Virus record (IMG/VR): IMGVR_UViG_3300027872_000005
Location: 1 to 63,150 of that record
Direction: 5' to 3' (one strand)
Source of the DNA: a virus
Lineage: Duplodnaviria; Caudoviricetes
Length of the DNA stretch: 63,150 bases
Each line of letters opens with the position of its first letter. Within the stretch, counting starts at the first letter, position 1. The notes under the pieces were generated by a model. It ran no database searches. It saw nothing but the letters and a program-made list of their open reading frames with translations, and was not told the DNA's origin. Positions 57,478 to 63,150 of this stretch are shown here, piece by piece. Made by a program: the position numbers and the translations under genes.

Positions 57478-57545
57478 TTAAACGTTGCCGAGGTACAATC
57501 ACCCATGCCAAATTGCCGGCCGCTGGTGACGCTTAAACGTTGCCG
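57478..57545. repeat. 13-bp direct repeat TTAAACGTTGCCG
   Basis: Copies at 57478 and 57533, upstream of the replication initiator. Confidence 0.8.
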
Positions 57546-57786
57546 GGTGTGTCGGGGTTGGCGGAAAGGCTGGCCTTTGTCGTGTTTCATATACGACACC
57601 AATGTAATAGAAAACCTTGGGCTTCGATGTGGACAGGCTGTTGATCGAGGTGCCCAGGTTGGCGCTGCGGTTGCCATCGCGGCTCGACTCTGCGCCAAAT
57701 GGAAACGCCCCCGGCGAGGCCAAAGCCGAGGGCGGTGATGCTGAGTGCATCAAGGCAACTGGACCGCCAGGAAGGGCCGAGTCGCA

Positions 57787-58581
57787 ATGCCAGAGAAACC
57801 ACAAACCGGACCGAAGCGCAAGGCAGGCGGCTACATCCGCGTTCAGCGCGGCATGTTCGACCATCCGATTGTCGGTGCGCTCAAACCTTACAGCCGCTTC
57901 GAAGCCTGGCAGTGGATGCTGGCCGCCGCAGCGTTCAGATCGACGGATGGCATCGAACGCGGCAGTTTGGCCTATTCGACCCGGTTCATGGCCAGCGCTT
58001 GGGGATGGTCTCGGCCTGCCGTGAGGCGCTTTCTGGACCGTTTAGAAGGTGCTCAAATGGTAGGCCCAAGAACAGGCCCAAGGATTAGGTCAGACCCGGC
58101 CCAACTAACTATCTGCAATTACGAACAATACCAGTCTGACAGGCCCAAGGATAAGAGCCAGACAGGCCCATTAACAGGCCCAAATAAGAATACACTGAAC
58201 GCAAAGAAGAAGAAGCTCACTACGTTCGCTGATCAATTTGACGCCTTTTGGACACTCTGGCCGAACAAGTCCGGAAAGAAAGCAGCAGTGAAAGCATGGG
58301 CCAGACTCGACACGGCCGGCAACGTTTTGTATGAAGACCTCGTTGCCGGCATCGAGCGGTACATCCGCGACAAGCCGGCGGACAGAGAATGGATGCACCC
58401 AGCAACGTTTCTCAACGGGGAACGATGGAAGGATGAGGCGCCGGCACCAGTGCAGCGCGACAGCGGTCGCAAGAGCATGGCGACGATAATGCAGGAGATC
58501 ACGGACGATGAAGGCGACGAAGAAGGAATTGGGCGAGCGCATCGCGGTCCTGTGCTCGACGCTCCCAAGTCAATCAACTGA
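57787..58581 (+). CDS. Replication initiator (lambda O / replisome-organiser-like)
   Basis: GYIRVQR...EAWQWML N-domain; FDAFWTLWPNKSGKKAA...HPATFLNGERWKDE C-domain. Confidence 0.85.
   Translation: MPEKPQTGPKRKAGGYIRVQRGMFDHPIVGALKPYSRFEAWQWMLAAAAFRSTDGIERGSLAYSTRFMASAWGWSRPAVRRFLDRLEGAQMVGPRTGPRIRSDPAQLTICNYEQYQSDRPKDKSQTGPLTGPNKNTLNAKKKKLTTFADQFDAFWTLWPNKSGKKAAVKAWARLDTAGNVLYEDLVAGIERYIRDKPADREWMHPATFLNGERWKDEAPAPVQRDSGRKSMATIMQEITDDEGDEEGIGRAHRGPVLDAPKSIN
58062..58183. repeat. Iteron-like repeats (probable origin)
   Basis: Six GGCCCA copies, including ACAGGCCCAAGGAT at 58072 and 58139, in the initiator linker. Confidence 0.75.
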
Positions 58582-58999
58582 CGCCCTGGGGATGGAAATG
58601 CGCGGCAGAGCGTATCTGATGGCGCTACAGAGCTGCGAGGGCGCGACGCTAAAGGATCTAGATTGGGTCCTCAGCGACATTATCAACGGCGATCCGGAAC
58701 CGATGAAGTTTGCTCCAACGTCTGGCAAGCTGGCTCGCATGGTCCGCGACCAGGCGGCAAAGAGACGATGGGAAGGCGAGGGAGCGCCGCCAGAGCCGAC
58801 GAAGGCAATCGAGCAGGGATTGTCACCCGAAGAACAGAAACAGCGTCAGGAAGGCTTAGAGAAGCTGTCCGGCCTGATGGCGCCGGTGAAGCGCAAGCGG
58901 TTCGATTATCAGGTGTGGGTAGCCGAGCGGGTGAAGGCCGGCACGATCACGCTGCACCCTGGCGCGGAAGGCCGGAACGCGACACCGGATCAGACATAG
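58508..58999 (+). CDS. Probable helicase loader / P-like protein
   Basis: Overlaps initiator; FAPT motif; position. Confidence 0.55.
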   Translation: MKATKKELGERIAVLCSTLPSQSTDALGMEMRGRAYLMALQSCEGATLKDLDWVLSDIINGDPEPMKFAPTSGKLARMVRDQAAKRRWEGEGAPPEPTKAIEQGLSPEEQKQRQEGLEKLSGLMAPVKRKRFDYQVWVAERVKAGTITLHPGAEGRNATPDQT

Positions 59000-59008
59000 G
59001 AGACGACG

Positions 59009-59200
59009 ATGAACGATCCTGACAAGCCGAGAAGGCAGGCAAAGACGGGCGAGGCGCTGGACGAGATTGCCGGCGAAGGCGCTGCGCGGCGACCAATCCA
59101 TCAGGCCACCAAAATAGAGTGGGTCTATCCGGAGCCGCCGAATATCAACAATTGGCGCGGGTGCTGGCGGCGTTGGATCGAAAAAGGGAGCAAGCGATGA
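59009..59200 (+). CDS. Hypothetical protein
   Basis: AGGAG RBS inside a boundary repeat. Confidence 0.55.
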   Translation: MNDPDKPRRQAKTGEALDEIAGEGAARRPIHQATKIEWVYPEPPNINNWRGCWRRWIEKGSKR

Positions 59201-59243
59201 GCAAACCACCATCCATGTTGACCAGTATCAGACATAGGAGACG

Positions 59244-59459
59244 ATGATGAAGGCCAGATTTCCGATGTTGACCAGTGCCGAGATTGAACGGTTTGCGTCC
59301 TGGCTGGAGCAAGAGGCCGATACCGATATGGCTTTGGCGGCGCAGGTGCTCAAATTGCCATCCGGGCCAATAATGGACCCAATGGCGACGAAATTATACA
59401 CCGAGGCATCGGCCGAGAAGATCGTCGCTGAGAAGCTGCGCGGCTACCAGAAGGGTTAA
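59244..59459 (+). CDS. Hypothetical protein
   Basis: AGGAG RBS inside a boundary repeat. Confidence 0.65.
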   Translation: MMKARFPMLTSAEIERFASWLEQEADTDMALAAQVLKLPSGPIMDPMATKLYTEASAEKIVAEKLRGYQKG

Positions 59460-59490
59460 GGATAAGCGACGATGAGAAGGGAACGGGACA

Positions 59491-59871
59491 ATGAACACAG
59501 AACTAACACCGATGCAAACGTTCGAGGAACAGGTCAAAGAGCGCCTGAAAACCGATATTGCCGATCTGTTGCCGGATGAGGCGCTGTCAGGGTTGATCGA
59601 GAAATCTATCAACGAAATGTTTTTCAAGCCACGGATAACCGGCAACAGTTTCAACGAGCGGCGCGAACCGAGCTGGTTTAACCAGGCGGTCGAAACCGCG
59701 GTCAAGGCACGGTTGTCGGGATTGCTGACAAAGCACCTGGCGGACCACCAGAAAGACATAGACGCCAAGATTGAGGCGTCGATCGTCAGATCCATGCCGG
59801 CGGCTGTCGAGACGCTGACGATGGCGCTGCACGAACTGGTCGAGCACATCAAACAGATGAGCTACCGATGA
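59491..59871 (+). CDS. Hypothetical protein
   Basis: Helical ORF coupled to next gene. Confidence 0.7.
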   Translation: MNTELTPMQTFEEQVKERLKTDIADLLPDEALSGLIEKSINEMFFKPRITGNSFNERREPSWFNQAVETAVKARLSGLLTKHLADHQKDIDAKIEASIVRSMPAAVETLTMALHELVEHIKQMSYR

Positions 59872-60872
59872 GGTATCTCGCACTCGTTTCTCTGATGATG
59901 AGGACCTTGATTGTTGTATTTCTGTTTGCCGTGATGGCGCCGTCACTGTCCGTTGCCGGCCCGTTGGCGGATTTACTGAAACAATGGGCGGACAGGCAAC
60001 AGCAACAGGATGACACGCCGGAGCCGACGCCGGAGCCAGAGCCGGACAGCGAGACAATCACGATTACGCGGCAATTATTGATCGATGGGAAAAAGCGCAC
60101 CTACATCCTTTATGCGCCGGTGAATTATGGTTCGTATCGGCCTTTGGTGATTGCTTTTCATGGCGCTGGCGGGAGACCGATGATATTTGCCAGCCGGATG
60201 TTTCTGCGTGAAATGGCCGATGAACATGGCTACGTTCTGGCGCTGCCGAAGGGTGTTCGCAAAAGCTGGAACGCCGACAGCCTGGAGGAAAGCGCCAGCG
60301 GCTACGCTGAGCGCACGAACATCAACGACATCGGTTTTGTCCAGGCGATCATCTACGACGCTCGCGCACAGGCGTCCATGGGTCCGGATGTCTATCTCAT
60401 GGGCATGTCGAAGGGTGGCATGATGGCCTACCACGCCGCCTGCGAGATCGATGACATCGATAAGATTGCCGTGGTCGCCGGCACCCTGTCGTCGGAGGAT
60501 TGCACATCGCTTAAGGAAGTCGATCTGTTGCACATTCATGGAACAAAGGATGAAAACGTTCCCTTTGATGGCGGTCGAGGACAATACACTGGCGGTGACA
60601 CTATCTGGCCGCCGGTCAAGAGAGGGTTGGATTTATGGCGGAAAAAGAACGGGGTAGGACCACCAACCCTGAAACGTGCCGCGCAAGATACCCTTTGCAC
60701 TGTCGAGAAGTCGAACGATGGCAAAACCCGCATGGAAGTGTGTCTTGTCACGCCCGGCGGCCACGCCTGGCCCGGCATTGAACCGTCGCAAAGGCAGATC
60801 GACAACGATATTTATGTCTCGCCGCATTTCATCGCGACTGACTATATCGCGGAGTTTTTCAACGGAGGATGA
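59868..60872 (+). CDS. Secreted alpha/beta-hydrolase, LpqC / PHB-depolymerase-like esterase
   Basis: Signal peptide; PLVIAFHGAGG, GMSKGG nucleophile elbow, HGTKD, GGHAWPG. Confidence 0.88.
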   Translation: MRYLALVSLMMRTLIVVFLFAVMAPSLSVAGPLADLLKQWADRQQQQDDTPEPTPEPEPDSETITITRQLLIDGKKRTYILYAPVNYGSYRPLVIAFHGAGGRPMIFASRMFLREMADEHGYVLALPKGVRKSWNADSLEESASGYAERTNINDIGFVQAIIYDARAQASMGPDVYLMGMSKGGMMAYHAACEIDDIDKIAVVAGTLSSEDCTSLKEVDLLHIHGTKDENVPFDGGRGQYTGGDTIWPPVKRGLDLWRKKNGVGPPTLKRAAQDTLCTVEKSNDGKTRMEVCLVTPGGHAWPGIEPSQRQIDNDIYVSPHFIATDYIAEFFNGG

Positions 60873-61066
60873 TGATGGGAGAATTTGAACAAGCGCTGAA
60901 AACGGTCAAAGAAAGCATACGGCGGACGGGGCGTAATAAATACATGGCTGACCGAACGTGTTTCAAAGGGCTGTCGTACCAGATTAAATGCCTGATATCG
61001 GATTATTTGGCGATAGAGGCGCTGAGCCGGCACCACGATGGATTTAACAAGATGAAAGGACGATAA
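60869..61066 (+). CDS. Hypothetical protein
   Basis: GGAGG RBS; coupled. Confidence 0.55.
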   Translation: MMMGEFEQALKTVKESIRRTGRNKYMADRTCFKGLSYQIKCLISDYLAIEALSRHHDGFNKMKGR

Positions 61067-61431
61067 TGCCGATCCGTCTTGAAAAGATGGGGAATCCCAT
61101 AAAGCTGGCGACGTACAAGGGCGTCAGTATCGAAAGCCGGTACGATCAGCCTGCTGAAATTCTGAAAATGAAACAAGTGATTGATCGGTTACCGCCGATG
61201 TTCACTTTCTACGTCAAAAGAATATTCTGCGATTCAAAGGCCGGCAATTGTTACACGATTAAATTGAACACCAACATCGACAGGTTGGCTGAAAGATTTT
61301 CCTGCATGGCTGATATTCTTTTCAAGGAACAAGGCGGCCACAACGGAATTTATGTGGAATATGAAGGTGGAAGTTTCATAAAAGACCCTAACTGGAATGA
61401 GGAGCCTGACGATGAACACGACCCGGCTTAA
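61066..61431 (+). CDS. Hypothetical protein
   Basis: AAGGA RBS; coupled. Confidence 0.65.
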   Translation: MPIRLEKMGNPIKLATYKGVSIESRYDQPAEILKMKQVIDRLPPMFTFYVKRIFCDSKAGNCYTIKLNTNIDRLAERFSCMADILFKEQGGHNGIYVEYEGGSFIKDPNWNEEPDDEHDPA

Positions 61432-61552
61432 CATATTTTTGTTCTTGGCTGCACCGGGCTTTGCCTGGATCTGGTTGGCGGCTTTCCTATGCCGCATGTC
61501 CTTCGAGCACGGTCCGGCCGATGACGATACAATTGATGAGGTCAAAAGATGA
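61412..61552 (+). CDS. 46-aa single-TM protein (absent from ORF track)
   Basis: GAGGAG RBS; MNTTRLNIFLFLAAPGFAWIWLAAFLC... Confidence 0.55.
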   Translation: MNTTRLNIFLFLAAPGFAWIWLAAFLCRMSFEHGPADDDTIDEVKR

Positions 61553-61836
61553 TTACGATGCTGATCGACCCCGGAAACATGACGACCGCGCAACGGAAGT
61601 GCATGAAGGGTCTCAAGGATGTGATCCTGCAAAGCGCCGCCGAGGAACTGACGTTCCCTGAAATCCTCGCAATCGTCGCGCATCTGACCGGTGCGATGAT
61701 GTCGAGCCAGGACAAGCGCGACCTGACGGTGCTTGAAGCGATGGATATCGTTCTTCTCAACCAGTCGAAAGGCCGGCACACGATGGATGATTTTCTTTCC
61801 AACGCTATCGGCTCGAATCCGATATTGTCGCCATGA
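61549..61836 (+). CDS. Hypothetical protein
   Basis: GAGG RBS; coupled. Confidence 0.65.
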   Translation: MITMLIDPGNMTTAQRKCMKGLKDVILQSAAEELTFPEILAIVAHLTGAMMSSQDKRDLTVLEAMDIVLLNQSKGRHTMDDFLSNAIGSNPILSP

Positions 61837-61860
61837 CCACTTTGGAAAAGGAGAAACCTG

Positions 61861-62376
61861 ATGCCCGGTAAAATGGCGCTCGTCGCCGGAAAGCTCTTGG
61901 AGCATGACGTTGAAGGCAATCTACTCTTGGGCGACGATCCCTATGTCGCCCCGCTCGCGCTGCGGCTGATCGCAATTCCCGATGCCGCGACCTACACGCT
62001 CTTGGCGAAGAACACCGGCAAAACCCACGTCCTGCCGGATCTCGGCCAGGATATCGTGATTTCGATGCCGATAGAGCAAGTCGGCTTGGAATACACGTTC
62101 ATTTACGGGGGGATTGCCGCGGACGTTTCCGACTGGCAGTTCGATACCGGAGCAAACGCCAACTTCTACCTTGGTGGCTTGGCACATCTGGATACCGGTG
62201 CTGGTTCGGCCGGCGATGAAGTTGTCCCGATTGCCGGCGACGGCAACTCCAACTCCAAGCTGGACATACTGGTTCCGGATGTCGGCACCCGCGTCCACAT
62301 GATCTGCGACGGCACCAACTGGTTCCTGAGCGGCGTGGTCGTCGGCGAAACCGTACCGAACTTCGCCGATCAGTGA
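61861..62376 (+). CDS. Short fibre / capsid-decoration-like protein
   Basis: TYTL...GLEYTFI...CDGTNWF pattern; AAGGAG RBS. Confidence 0.6.
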   Translation: MPGKMALVAGKLLEHDVEGNLLLGDDPYVAPLALRLIAIPDAATYTLLAKNTGKTHVLPDLGQDIVISMPIEQVGLEYTFIYGGIAADVSDWQFDTGANANFYLGGLAHLDTGAGSAGDEVVPIAGDGNSNSKLDILVPDVGTRVHMICDGTNWFLSGVVVGETVPNFADQ

Positions 62377-62933
62377 GGGAGCGCAGCGTCGTCCTGCTGG
62401 ACGGTCTGCGCGTCCATTTCAACTATCGGGTTGCATCGACACGCATAGGCTCGTCGTTCAAGAACGTTGTGCGCCAGGTCTATCCCGATGAATCGGGTGA
62501 CGAATATCGGTTCATGGCCGTTCGCCACCCGCTGGATCGCATCGTATCGGCTTGGACGTGTTTCTACGCCCCCGGTCGCCTGGCATCACAGCCGGAGCTG
62601 CAACAAGCCGGATTTACCGCCGGCATGTCGTTCAACGAGTTTCTTGACCTGGTTCTGGTGTCCCATGAGGTCAACCGGCACACATGCTACCAGACGAACT
62701 TCAAAGGCCCACACACGATCGATCTTCTGATCCGGGTCGATATGCTGGTTGAAGCATGGCCAGGGCTTGTGGAGCGGTTTCCGCACTGCCTGAAGCCATT
62801 ATCGAAGATGGTCAACGCCAGTGCACACGGCGACTGGCAGGGCTACTACACGCGGGTGATGCGCACACTGGCGGAAACCGAATTTGCCTGCGATATGGCG
62901 CTCTTTGAGGATGCCAAGCACCATGAAGGTTAG
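62373..62933 (+). CDS. Sulfotransferase (Sulfotransfer_2-like)
   Basis: RVASTRI 5'-PSB-like loop; FMAVRHPLDRIVSAW 3'-PB motif; WQGYY...DMALF. Confidence 0.75.
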   Translation: MRERSVVLLDGLRVHFNYRVASTRIGSSFKNVVRQVYPDESGDEYRFMAVRHPLDRIVSAWTCFYAPGRLASQPELQQAGFTAGMSFNEFLDLVLVSHEVNRHTCYQTNFKGPHTIDLLIRVDMLVEAWPGLVERFPHCLKPLSKMVNASAHGDWQGYYTRVMRTLAETEFACDMALFEDAKHHEG

Positions 62934-62987
62934 GAATCAAGAATTATTTGATAAATATCAGATAGTTAATGATGTTTAGCGTCTATT

Positions 62988-63150
62988 AAATTCCATAAGG
63001 AATCTGTTGGGATTGCAGACCGTTGGCGTCAACATATAAACGTTGCCAAGCTGCCCGAACTGTGAGACAAGCTCGTTGCCTCGCCGGTCTGGTCCACTGC
63101 CGGTTCGTCATTGCACCGGCTTAAGACCGTATGGTTTGCTCCTGGCCGGC
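62988..63150. repeat. Terminal direct repeat, right copy
   Basis: Matches 1-163 with one mismatch. Confidence 0.95.

Noticed and set aside
57397-58088. ORF-track entries 57397-57738, 57617-58024 and 57699-58088
   Set aside because: No convincing RBS or motifs; they overlap the repeat-containing gap or the initiator gene in other frames

Overview
The window looks like one complete ~63 kb tailed-phage genome, bounded by a 163-bp direct repeat (1-163 / 62988-63150, one mismatch). The architecture is podovirus-like: no tape-measure or tail-tube genes were recognised. The host is probably an alphaproteobacterium (Omp25/RopB-type outer-membrane protein, GTA-type head-spike pair). On the + strand, 1-47868 holds accessory genes and structured non-coding elements, HNH, terminase, portal, scaffold, capsid, adaptor/nozzle, ejection proteins, two giant polyvalent proteins separated by a fibre/modification cassette, a SleB-like hydrolase, a head-fibre module and a lysis cassette. 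On the - strand, 47880-53391 is an early operon (Red-beta-like recombinase, HTH, small proteins). From 53509 to the end, the + strand holds Cro-like, MT-A70 methyltransferase, lambda-O-like initiator with internal iterons, esterase and sulfotransferase genes. No integrase, CI-type repressor, DNA polymerase, reverse transcriptase or CRISPR array was recognised. Best leads: (1) a 57-aa module of a giant virion protein that is also encoded, 70% identical, as a stand-alone early gene; (2) a CCA-ended, enlarged tRNA-like RNA; (3) a GGCAACGT operator-like motif concentrated in intergenic/promoter regions; (4) two parallel branched fibre systems that share parts, plus glycan-modifying enzymes. All family assignments come from motif recognition by eye, not from database searches.
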